Source: Octopus vulgaris (lineage: Eukaryota). From it: a DNA stretch of 64,000 nucleotides. The first letter of the stretch is position 1. Each line of letters opens with the position of its first letter. Shown one piece after another: positions 51,776-64,000 of this stretch. A program made the translations under genes and the position numbers. The notes beneath the pieces were generated by a model, which was given only the letters and a program-made list of their open reading frames with translations, did no database searches and had not been told where the DNA came from. Location of the stretch: contig OX597823.1 in the NCBI GenBank assembly GCA_951406725.2, positions 46,190,001 to 46,254,000 on the forward strand. Direction: 5' to 3'.

Positions 51776-52924
51776 AGGCGTCTAGAAATATTCTTGGGAA
51801 CGTCTTACACTTTAGTACTAGTGGGGGACTAGAATAGTATTTTGGACGTACGGAAGGATTGTGGGGGTTTAATACATAGTAGAATGGGTGTAAAGGCATC
51901 GCGACCGACGTGTTAGTGATGAGAATGGCCCTAGACCGTTTCTTCGAGGCGAAACACGAAGTATCTGTTGTCAGAGCTAAGGCCCGTGCACTATAACACG
52001 AAGGAATTAAAGCAGTCCGATGGGTCCGAACGGTAGAGTGACGACGTGGAAACCAAACTACGATCAAGTCTTTGACGGATCAGGACGGACGGGTGCTATT
52101 TGGTTCTGAGCAGATGTGTGCGGCTTTCCATCAGCAATTTGCGTGGTTGTTTCGGGAGTGTGCTGGGTCGACAACGGTAGAGAACTGTACTTCATACCTA
52201 GACGACCTCCCACGGCTCTCAGTGATGGACGCGAGATTCTGTGAAAAGCCCGTTACATTCTGAAATACGGGACGCGATAAGAGATTGCACAAGTCACAAA
52301 TTGCCCAGTTTGGATGGTCTGCCCTACGAATTCTATGTTTTCATGCCAGATTTGTTTGGCAGCCTCTTGGCAGATGTCTACAGCAATTGGCAGCAGAACG
52401 GGAGAATTCCTAGTGCTGTTAGTCGGTGTTTGGTAAGACTTCTGAGAAAGGAGGCTGATAATGGGGACGTGCTAGAGGATTTTCAACCCATAACTCTACT
52501 AAACACAGAGTTTAAGATTTTGGCTAAGGTGTTAGCGAAGAGATTGGCGCTTGTCATTGGTAATCAGGTCGAGGAGACACAAACGTGCGCAATCAGGAGC
52601 AGGTCTATCTACGACAACCTCTACCTTATGCGAGACATCATAGAGAGGGCTGGGCCTAAAGCTGGCTTCGGTGAGGAATCCAGGATGATCTTTGATGGTG
52701 GGGTTCCTTGATTGTCCCTAGAGGTCTTCCTGTGTCATGGGGATCCCATCACAATCACTTTTCCCCTCTTTTTCTACAGTCATATACTACTTATATTTCC
52801 CTTCTTCTAATGTATACCGTGTATATTTTTTTATATTTTATCATTCCATTATATTTAAAACCCACACTTTATGTCTGTCTTTGTATTGTACCCCCTCACT
52901 CTTCGCCCAGGTAGCAAATAAAAG

Positions 52925-52927
<3 letters not shown>
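51776..52927 (+). mobile_element. Tx1/L1 LINE fragment (RT N-half joined to 3' UTR) ending in (CAT)n
   Basis: PSLDGLPYEFY..PITLLNTEFKILAKVLAKRL..QTCAI..RSIYDNL; UTR ends aaataaaagaaatcatcat. Confidence 0.85.
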
Positions 52928-53003
<76 letters not shown>

Positions 53004-53027
53004 TATCATTATTATTATTATTATTAT

Positions 53028-53990
53028 CACAGGTTTTGTTGGAGCTCCTGGAGTCTTGCATGCGTAGCGAGTTTGCTACCTGCAACCTACGGTACCATGC
53101 TATCCATTCTTTTCAGCTATCTAATATTTTCCTAATTATTCTGGCTGTGCCAAAGAGGCAAACCTTTTGTAACAGTTCTACTGGACATTCTATTCCAATT
53201 TCCTTTATATTCTCCTTGATGCCTTCTGATACTGTTTCCATGAACTCAACAGTAATTGGCACTATCTTCACCTTTTTCATTTTGCAGCATAGCCGGGCTA
53301 TTTCGTACTTAAGAGGGTTGTATTTATCTATCTGTTTGCCTTCCATCTTGACTATTTGTGAGTTAAATGGGCATGGAACATCAACTATATAGCAAATATG
53401 GTGTACCTTGCCGACTACCACTAGGTCCGGTCAGTTATACTGTAGCACTTGATCTGTTTGGATTGGGAAATCCTAGAGGATATTGCTTGTCTCCGACTCC
53501 GACACTTTCTGTGGTTTGTGCTCATACCACGTCTTGTTGGCTACCCGATCGTGTCGCCATGATTTGTAATGGTTTTGGGTAAGTCTATGGTATTCGTTCG
53601 TGATATGGGCAATGATTCCATTCACTTTTTTGCATATACGACACAGCGGAGACACTTTCTCATTCCTAAGGTTGACCCTCCAGTTCGTGACCAAAGCTTG
53701 GTCTTGCGCTGCCAGTATAGGGCTCCCAGTCTCTTTTCTTAGAGTTCCTTTCATCATCCAATCCCACCTATTTTTCCAGCAGCTTCTGTTGTGGCTATAT
53801 GGAATTGATTGCGTAATTCTTCATGCGTAATTCTTCATGCCCTATTTGTGATTTTTTATTTGTGTTTCCTTTTATCTCTGCTTTCAATACTATTTCGTTC
53901 CTAACTGTAACTAGAAAAGGTTTCCTTACTTTGGGCTAGGTATCTCATTAAACTCCCGAGTTCGATACGCACGCATTTTTCTGCAAACAT
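53028..53990 (-). mobile_element. R4/Dong 3' fragment (CCHC plus REL)
   Basis: ETGSPILAAQDQAL..CRICKK..RHDRVA..IVDVPCPF..LLQKVCLFGTARIIRKIL. Confidence 0.85.
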
Positions 53991-54899
53991 GGCCACTTTA
54001 TTTTTAACAAAAATTTTCTTTGTCACCGGTTTTTAATATCACTCAGCTATTACAGACTTCATGTTCTCCTCTTTCGTTCTCATTTTCTCTACTGCTCTGT
54101 TGTTGTGTAATTATCATGTAATTCAATCTTCTGTTCTGTGATGTACATACAGTCTACCTCATCATCTCTTATACGGGAAAAGAATATTGATGTGCCACAT
54201 GACCGAATATGGCGTGACTTGTTGACGGTAATCGGGTCCATTTGACCTTACTAAAGCAAATCTGACAGTGTGTTTTCATAACCAAAACACCTGATATCTG
54301 TAAAAATAAAGTGTATAAAATCGTAATATAATGCAAACAACACAAAACTAATATTGCATCGACCGTCACGCTGATAAACAAGGTTTGCGTGCAACAGGGA
54401 TAGACTTGTCTGAGAAAGAAACGTTGATGCTAAAACATCTTCCATTAATGATGTTGGAGATGTTCGCCAAGGCAGGATGGATACTTCTAGCTCTCCAAAT
54501 CTATCATCGTGTAATAAATCGAAACAAAAATCACATAAAATGAACTCAGAAGGAATACGAAGAAGTTATGGGTGTATACTTACTATTATTCTATGAGAAA
54601 ACTGGAGATAAACCACATGAATCAGGTGAAATGGAAATAACGATACCTGTGCATACATAAACCTCAAGAAACTGAAGTAGCAAATATAAAAGGGGAGAAA
54701 TTTAGAAGAGAGAACTTACACATACAGAACTTAATACAATAAAACAGCTTGTTAAAGACGGCCTCGATATAAAGATAGTGAATAAAGAATCAAGTAACAG
54801 AAGAGAAGCCCAATTTAATGACCCAATTTATTGGCAGAAACGGAAATGGAGCAACAGATTGAAAACACAAGAAATAATATCAGAAGTATAAATGACAAT

Positions 54900-56560
54900 G
54901 AAGAATTGGATGACGCGAATGCTAATGAGGTAGAGAATCACCAGTTTCTGGAAGCGAATGCTGAAGACATCGGAAGTGTAAAGAAATTGTAAATGAAGTT
55001 GCCAAAGTAAGCAATATAAACATTGCAGAAAGAGAACTACTCACTGATAAAAATAATAAACAAAAACAAATTTAAGATTGATAAAGATGGGAAATACTGC
55101 AATCAAAGACTTTCCCGTCACAATTAAGCCTAATTTATTTGAACTCATTCAACTGATTAATGCCTCGGCCAAAGTAATTGAGTGAAAATTCTCGATCAAT
55201 AAAAAGAGAAGCAGACATGAGTAGCATAGGAAATTTAAATAGAATCATTCTGGAATATGAAATAGAACTAATGAGAGAAGAAATATTGATCTTTAAGGAA
55301 TTTCGAAAGAACAAGGATGGAAAAATGAGAAAGGCAAGGAGCTTGAAATATAAAATATCAGTTAAAGAGCACACAAGACATACTAACAATCAAAGAACAA
55401 CTCAGGCTGAAAATGCGAGCCAAACCTTAATGTGAGAATGTACGATAAGTGGAGCAAATTTTACAGACAAAAGAATATACTTGCAGCATGGGAAAAACTT
55501 CTGTTGAGAATTAGGAAAAAAACCAACAGTAGTTGATAAGGCACTAACAACTGGGCTGTTTGAGCATTATGGAATAAGATCTGAACTGGCCTAATAGATC
55601 GCAATAAAATTTCTGAATGGATAAACGATATGTAATACGCAAACAATGAAATATCAGAAAAATATTGGAAAAATAAAAGTGTTAACGAATTTGAAAAACT
55701 CTTGAAGAACCTCATAATCGGTAAGCTCTAAAGACAGACAAAATTCCAGATTTTTTTGTTATCCATACTATCAATGATACATGAAATGTTCACAAACTTA
55801 CAAACTTCCTAAACGAAATCATGTTAGTGTCAGCAAAACTGCCCGAATGGTTATGCAAATGAGCAAGTTGCCTATTATAATGAAAAAATTCAGAATCAAA
55901 CCAAGAATTACAGGAAAATTGCTTGCAGTTTCAACGTCTGCAAAATTTTAATTGAAAAAAACAACTTCTCAGTTGTTCAGAAAGGATGCCACTGTGGCTC
56001 ACGCGCATTCAATGAATCAACTGCTAATAAACTATAAATATAACAATATGTCATTCAAAATATATAAATAAAAAAGTTTAAGATGTGCGTAGCTTCACTA
56101 TAAAAAGATATTTCACAGTGTCTCGCACTCAAAAAATCCCTAGAAATGTACAAAATATCATCCTTGCTAGTAAATTTCTCAAGTACAAAATTGCCTTCTG
56201 GAATACTACCTCTATCCGTTCTCCTTAATGACATTTATATAATATGCACATTAATTGTGGAATCTTTCAAGGAGATTCGTTCTTTCAACTGCTCTCTTAT
56301 ATTGCCTTTGTTCACCTGAATCAGGGATAGGAAAATCACCCATCTATGTGGGTGATTTGAAACGCTATGATAAGGATGATGAAGTACATTAATTTTTTCT
56401 GAAAACAGTCAAATGATTCACCGATGACTTATTTTGGAATGGATAACCGCGCAAAGTACAAGCTCTAAAGAGGTAAGCTAACAAGAGCTGTCACAGTGAG
56501 AGATCAAAGAAATAGACAGAAAATAGAAGAATATTATTATTGGCATGAATTACAAAGTCA
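54900..56560 (+). mobile_element. Highly decayed R4/Dong-like RT
   Basis: CGIFQGDSF (~56260), DYKKIFHSVSHS-like (~56100) and frameshifted HL.VDDLKRY-like remnants. Confidence 0.55.
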
Positions 56561-58379
56561 CAATTGACAAAGAAGTGGAAGGACAAGTATTTATTGCTGC
56601 TGTACTTAGGTGAATGCATTGATTTTTGTGCATTCTATTGTATTGAAACTGCACTATATGTGAAGAGTATATGGTGTTGCTATTTTAAATGGTTGGCCTC
56701 TTTCGTCGTTTGTCGACAGTATGGCAGAGACAGTAATTCAACCACTTCGGAAGCTTGTACCTAGACCTAAGTATATTAACTACCTCTCCACTCATGGATA
56801 TGCAACCAATAAAAGACAAATCGATATGTTCACAGCATCCATAGTGCTACTAGAGATGCTAGACATCGGTTAAATATAACCACATGACGCAGTCTTAGAG
56901 TTCCACTGTTGTTATCAGAATGGAGTTACTTGCTCTTAGATGAACAACTAATGATCTGCATAGCCTCATCTACCCTGAGTCTGCTGGGGTGTCCGTGAGT
57001 GACCTTCTTCTGGAGACAGTTCTGTGACATCCTAATTAAATCCAAACAGGTGCTATTGTTCTGGATCAGAGTAGGCTTAGGAACAACACTGGCTAAGAGG
57101 TGGTTCTAAACTCTTCAGAACTCTGGAACTTACGAACCAGAGCCTCACTATCGGCAGTTTTTGAAAGTGATACACAAAACATACCAAGGATTTTGTTTAT
57201 ATATGTTTTGTATATCTGTGAATCGTTGTGGTTGGGTCATGTATTTCTCTGAAGTTTTGCTTAAGTAATAGCAGTACCTTTAGGGTGGACAAGTAATGGA
57301 ATATAACATAACAAAAAGAAGTCGAAGTCGAAAAAACGGTTGACACAACAAATTTTCCCCAGAGCGAATGAAAAAAAAAACATTTCGAAGCTAAATGTAA
57401 ACGATTTTCAGAGGAGCTAGGTAAAACTACAACAGAAAGGTTTGGTGTAGGGAACGTAAATAGTAAAGGGGATCACTGCGGCCCAGAATGTTTTCAGGTG
57501 AAACATTTAATAAACTTAAAAGAACATAATAACAAATGGAATAGTTCAAAAACTGGAAAGTAGCAGGACTGGATGAAGTTCTTAAGTTCTTTTTGAGTGA
57601 ATCTCCGTCAGTTCCGACGATGAGCATGCAATTGGTCAATCCACTGAACTGCTTGATCATAGAATTCCGCTAATACATCCCGCTAATACTTCTCAGGAGT
57701 TAAAGAACAAAATGCAAATAAAATTATGGAGTCAAAAATTGTGCTTGCTTTTAGCATTCAAACCTTAAATATAATATTAGTGCAGAAGATAAATTCTAGA
57801 AAACAATAGTGACACTGCAAATCCTCATACGGATGCAATGATAAATATAATTCTAATGAAAAGCAGATGCCGTTGGATGAGAGAAATTTGCTGACGGAAA
57901 GATCTGGATCAATGAAGATTAATGAATTGTGTGTATGTGTATATATATGCATTTATATGTGTATGTGTGTGTGTGAAAGAGAGGGAGAGAGAGACAGACA
58001 GAGAGAGAATAGATTCTAGAACGTTAACTCTAAACGTGTTCAGTGGGAAAATGTATTTTATCTAATAGGGTGGAGTATTTAACAGCTTAGGTTCAAAATG
58101 CCGTGGATAGCAGTAACAATAGACTGGGCAATATTGAGAGAAATTAATGTGATACATGAGTAATACACTACATAGTATAATACAGATTACATTCAGGAAA
58201 ACCTACCAGCAGCCCGTTATTTCTTATATGGATATAAAATGCTTGAAGAATTATTTGTTAGAAGTCGCAACAACGAATAGATGGTTTTCGTAAAAACCGT
58301 AACTTAAGTTTTGCAAAAATAAAATACAAAATGAAAAAACAGGAATACTCAGTTGATTACTCTAGGAACAAGACCAAAT

Positions 58380-59000
58380 CTGTTAAAAGAGGAATTATCA
58401 TAAACAACTGCCCGGTTTCAAAACATGAGCAGTAGCATAGAAATTTAGTAATACCACAGCAATGCCATGTACTCAGCACAGAGAAAAGCTACTCGTTTTT
58501 ATCTTTAGTTATGCCCACCTATGACACAAAGGGTAAAACTCCAGTATAAATACAAAATACAAATAATTCCACAAAAGGCACTTAATCTAATAGAATAAAT
58601 TCTAATAAGAATGAAGATCAAAAAGTTAAAGAGTGAAAAGACTGATGAAATAGCATGTGTACCCCCAAATAGTATTTTGAAACAAGAACAGGTAAATATA
58701 TAGAATTGCTATAAAGCAACACAACAAATTATCCACAAGTGATGTAAACTAGGTGTTTTAATAACCTATGTATTTCATGCATACAATATAACTTGCACCT
58801 TGTGTAAACAACTAGAACAAAAGAAACGAAAAAGGAGGCATAGCCATCAACCGTGAAACAAACAAAGCCCAAACCATCAAACGAAACAGGAAGGAATGAT
58901 CAATATTAATTTCAACACAAAATGAATAAAGCCAAATAAACATTAGCATAGTAAAAATAGTACATAAAACGCAGATTTAATAATACAAGAGAACCAGTGG
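58380..59000 (+). mobile_element. Possible Penelope-like GIY-YIG relic
   Basis: RCFNNLCISC and YNITCTLCKQ cysteine motifs; decayed. Confidence 0.3.
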
Positions 59001-59889
59001 AAATCAGGGAATATCTTTGCCTTCTACTAATTGTCGCAAAACAATAATAAAAGAGATGATTCAGAAAGCGCCACGCTAGTTGTTTCTTAAGATGACATAC
59101 ACTACAAACAATTGCTCAGATGCTATAATTATTCTTTTAATCTATTTCCTTCAGTGACCACCCCTTCGTTGCCCATCTCTTGTTGCTCGAGTTGTACTGA
59201 TTTCTGTTTTAGTTTAATGATACTATTCGTTGATGGATGGTTCCTTCTTCATATGTCAGATTCTACTGATTATTATATATATCACGTGGAATACTCCTAA
59301 GCCATTTTACCTTATGTCCAATATTGTGTGTTTATGTGTGTGGGGGGTGTAAAACTTCTTTTATATTTCTCACAAATTCAACAACCACCTAGAAGCTTCT
59401 TAGTTGAAGCAACCAAATTCAAGTCTGTAATATTTGTGTCACAATAAAACATACACTAAAATCTCAACTTCCGTTTTTTTTTGGTTTTTTTTTCTGCAAT
59501 AGGATTAACTCCCTGATGCGTTTAAAATCATCTCCTGGCCTTCGGGGATGTTTCTATGAACTTCTGATAATCTGCATATATTTACTCGACCATGCTTTTG
59601 ATTACGGGTGAGTGTCCAATGGTACAAACACATTTAATGACTTGGAAACTGACTAATTTTCTGCAATATAATCTCAGATGCTAGTCTTTCTCAATTGTTG
59701 GGCGTGTCAACCCTCAAACAAAATCAAAATTTAAAAAAGACCACTTGAAGCAATTTATTTCGAGCTTTATTAGTCCCTCAAATAGATGTAAGACTTGTTT
59801 TGTTTTTTATTCGCTTTCTTATTCTTTCCGATGATCGTACGCTTCTTTTTTCTTTCTTTCAACGTTTTTTTGTTGATCTCAGTTAAGTA

Positions 59890-60130
59890 TCATCATCATC
59901 ATTTTGACAATGGAATTTACCATGCTACGCCAGACTTCACGGTCCATCATAGCATTACGGAGGTCCTGTTGCTGGATGCCTGTATCCCTGGAGATTATAC
60001 CAGGGTAGGAGAGTGTGCGCCCTCTGGTATCGCGAGTAGATGGCTTCCAGAGGCGAAGAGTAGAAATTGCCTCGTTTTCAGCTCTACAACAATGTCCAGC
60101 AAACTGGACTCTTCTACCTTTCACAAGAGA
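59890..60130 (-). mobile_element. RTE-clade LINE 3' end with (ATG)n tail
   Basis: RRVQFAGHCCRAENE..LWKP..RDTGIQQQDLRNAMMDREVWR. Confidence 0.8.
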
Positions 60131-61209
60131 TGATGCAGGTGGTCAGTTAAGTATACAGAATTAAGTTATATGCCCCTCTGAGAAACAGCCACTCTTTCTG
60201 CCTGCTTTTCTTCTGAGGCTTTCCAAATGTCACTGCCATGCACAACAATCAAGATGATAATTTCTCCGTTCATTTTACAAAGTATTGTACCTTATGGTGC
60301 TCACTTCTCCCTCCGACTGAGAGTTTATGAACTAACTTCTATTTCCATCGAACTATTCAATAACATGTTATCGCTGAGATATTTATTGACCAATTGTATG
60401 AATATCGTTCGATTTTGACCTAGTCACAAACGAGCACCGTTTTCGACCCACTAAACATACTTTTACTTATCAAAACAAATTAAATAAGTCTATTTCTTTA
60501 TTAGACTCGCATCTAATAACTTTAAGCATCTATTGTTTGGTATCTTCACTTTCAACAATCAATGAACCAGATTTATGGATTTGTTTATAGTCGTCACTTA
60601 TCTGTGGTATATTGTGATATATTATCCCTGAGAATTTCAGCAAAAACTGTATCTTCAGACATCTTCAAAGCATTTTACCATTTTTGTTTTAGCGAAGGAA
60701 CTTCTGCTGACAGATTTTTATCTCTTGGAATGATTTTGCCATATCTTTCTACCGCCGTTTGCTAAGACAAGTTTCCTCGTACCGACAAAATGTTTACAGT
60801 AAATCACATGTACCAATTTCTATTTCTTCGCCTTTTGCAGAGTTATCATTTCTATAAACACAGCACAGACGCCAACCATGACTGTCCACACTATCTACTA
60901 TCATATGCCACTAAATCATTATTCAATATGGTCATAAAAGCTAGTTTTCCTCCTCAAACCAAGACACACTCATTCTATAGATAAATGAAAAATTATTGCA
61001 GTGCAGCCTCACAAATAATGAACAGTTCATCGAGAAACTCAAATTCACAAAAAAAGTTACTTATAACTCACAAAATCCATTGATTCTTCATAGCAACAAC
61101 ATACATATAGATTTACCACAAAATCATCAGAAGGACAATAATTTCTGTTTAGAACTATGGATACATCAACCTTTTAGTGAGTCTCGTATTAAAGGGTACT
61201 TCCTATTTC

Positions 61210-61520
61210 ACTGGCACTCATACGTTGGGGACGAATTTCGCCGACACTCTCTGCATATAGAAATCTTCCGTTAAAAAGGAATGCACTGATCCTGTGTTTA
61301 TTCCCACTTCATGAGCAATTTTCTGGATTGTTACACGATTTTCCATAACTATTCATCAAACCTTTAGAATCGGCTGCTCGTTTCCACTTGTGGATGGCCT
61401 GTTTGAATGTGCCTCACCCTCCTCTGGGTTGCGGCATGTTTGAAGCGGTTGCATTAGTCCTTCATCTGAGTTTTGCTCATGGCATCAACGCCAACGACCC
61501 GCTATGTATGCATGTATGTA
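61210..61520 (-). mobile_element. Mariner transposase N-terminal relic
   Basis: ENRVTIQKIAHEVGINTGSVHS and MQRVSAKFVP (HTH and WVP-equivalent motif). Confidence 0.65.
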
Positions 61521-62139
61521 TGGGGATATATAAAAAATTGAGAGTACTGACCACTAAAAGTGGACAGCCTATATGCTAAACATAGACGTCAAATCGCCAT
61601 TACCACGAAGAATGTGTTCTGAAGAAAAATCTCAGCAAAAAAACAAAATGTAAAAATAAGCAAGACAAATGAAAATATACGAAATAAAAAATGATTACCT
61701 ATGTACCACTGGTTTCACTTGTTAATATTTACGTATATGGACACGCAAACATATGCAAGATCATCAGCATAGTCTGTCGTTTACAAAACTTAGTTTCCAG
61801 AACTAGATATAGAACGCTCAACCGAAATCCATCATGTATACAGTTCTACAAATTATATTTAAGTGTATCTTTCAAATGTCTTCACTTTTGTGCGCTGAGA
61901 TCGGAAACTACTCTGCAGTTAATAAACTACAGCAGTCAATTTACCGGTTAGAGAACATTTTTTAATTTAAAATTAAATAAGGATAGAAACAATTTTAATT
62001 AAAACAATTTTTTAATCTTCGGATTTAAAAAAAATATGCTAAGCCACTAGTTTTAATTGATTAATATCAATTTCTTCCCTTATTTAATTTTATATATATA
62101 TATATATGTACATACACTTGTATATGGTATGTTTTGAAT

Positions 62140-62520
62140 TTATGGAAAGAAGTCCCATAAAATTCAACAATTTTGATAAAAATGGTGAAGAGAAGATGTT
62201 AGAGTATATAAGAGAATTTTAATTCATCCAGACGGTCGTTTCGTACAGCGATATAAAGACCATGCAAATTTATGGTTGAACAGAATTAATTAAATTAGGT
62301 TGAAAGTAATGATACCAAACAATAAAAAGGTTAAACAAATAATAACAGATGGATTGTGGTTCACTACAGCTATCTTAGAGGTGTTTTTTTTTAATGTACA
62401 TATGTGTTACATCAAGAAAAGAAAACAACCAATTTTCATCAGGTGAACACAGGTAAGAATTAAAAATTTTGAACACCTCATGAACAAGTATAAAGAGCTA
62501 TTTGATTCTACCGACCCAGA
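62140..62520 (+). mobile_element. Penelope-like GIY-YIG C-terminal relic
   Basis: GRFVQRYKDH and CTYVLHQEK (C.LCL.EK-like). Confidence 0.35.
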
Positions 62521-62892
62521 TTCGGTCAGTGAGTGAAAATTTCAAATTAGAATCAATTTTATAAAGTGGAACTCGATAAAAGGAACTGGATCGAGGAGGG
62601 AAATGGATGGAGAAATATAAGGGAGAGAAATACTAAATCGAGAAGAGAGAAAGGAAAGTGCATGATGTCGTTTGACCTCGTAAGGAGTTATAAATAACAT
62701 AAGACTATTCCTAGATAGTAGACAGGGTCTTCAGACACAAGAGCAATAAAAAAGGAGAGGTAGGAGTAACCAGATCACTACGCACATGCATACATTTCTG
62801 TACATAGAAACCCGCACAGAAATAAATTGATAAAACTACTCACACTCATGTAGACACATACACGTATTCACTCTTATACATACAATAATAGT

Positions 62893-62928
<36 letters not shown>

Positions 62929-63126
62929 TACATATACATATATCCATACTCTCTCATATATTCTAATATATACCTACACACTTACCGCACACACTCCAAA
63001 GCGCGTCCATTCTTCTACTAACACATACGCATCCGCTTTCACTTAATTGCACACTCATATATATGTCGGGCGGTGGTTTGGCTGGCTTAAACTTCGAAGT
63101 CACTACGAATAATATTCTTGTTTACG

Positions 63127-63185
<59 letters not shown>

Positions 63186-64000
63186 TGTGCGTCTGTATTC
63201 ATGCATTAATGTGTGTATGAATGCGTCCATGTATTTGAATTTGGCGCATGTGTGTATCTGTGTGTGTATGTGTGTGTTACTCTAGAAACCATGGTCGCTT
63301 CGAATCCTAAGGCATTTCGGTATATCGTATAACTTCTGGTATATCGTATATCATAGCGATTCCTTCCAGCAGAAGGCTATATGTTTTAAGCCATTAGTGT
63401 ATGTATGCGTTTATGCTGAGACACATGTGTATATATAAACGACTAGCGACCATAAATGCATTATGTTTATACACCTCGTCAATCTAAAACACTCACATAC
63501 AAACAAACCAACAAATACATACAAATACATACTATTCTATATGTATATGTATTTAAGTGCGTGTTTATTAATTTCTTTATTTATGTATGTGTAGACGCCG
63601 CTTTTGGCTCTTTATATATTTGGCATTGAGATGAAATGTTATTGATGTTTGGCATACGATATTCTGTTGTTAGTCGACTAGTAGACAGCTTGCTGATTTT
63701 GAACAAACATTCGATACTGTGTGTTAGATGAGATAGTGAAATAAATAATTTGCTGCCAGTAGTTTCTTCATATAGTTATGGATTCTTCAACTGTTTATTT
63801 ACAGCATCTAATATCAGCCAATATTCCATGTTAGACAGCGTCTGCTTTAATGTTTCAGATAATTTACTGGCATTTACTAACTGTTCCTTTTCTATTTGTT
63901 TTTCTCTTGAATAATAGATAGTAGTTCTTTTCTCTTTTTCTTTTTTTTTCTTTTCCACTTTTCTTTAATATCTCTCGTATACAACGATTTATACATCTTT

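Overview
AT-rich, microsatellite-dense eukaryotic DNA with no intact protein-coding gene. The tRNA-derived SINE families and LINE tails look like an octopus (cephalopod) genome, which is an inference. Most of the window is decayed mobile elements: RTE, R4/Dong, Tx1/L1, CR1/Jockey-group, CRE and Penelope-like fragments, a full-length dead DD37D (maT) Tc1/mariner, mariner and hAT relics, a MITE and many SINEs. Nearly all ORF-track entries are microsatellite artefacts or TE pseudo-ORFs. The standout is 23383-24519, a non-coding, highly structured 360-bp unit present as perfect tandem copies in a head-to-head palindrome within (TA)n. The unit carries a type I hammerhead ribozyme (variant core CCGAUGA, GUC site, palindromic stem III), a TATA box and a separate pseudoknot. 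The inversion junction lies 2 nt from the predicted self-cleavage site, and the element is surrounded by templated local duplications. Other hammerhead-like motifs lie at 21.2, 26.6 and 40.5 kb, and there is one candidate host exon (19637-19715, minus strand).
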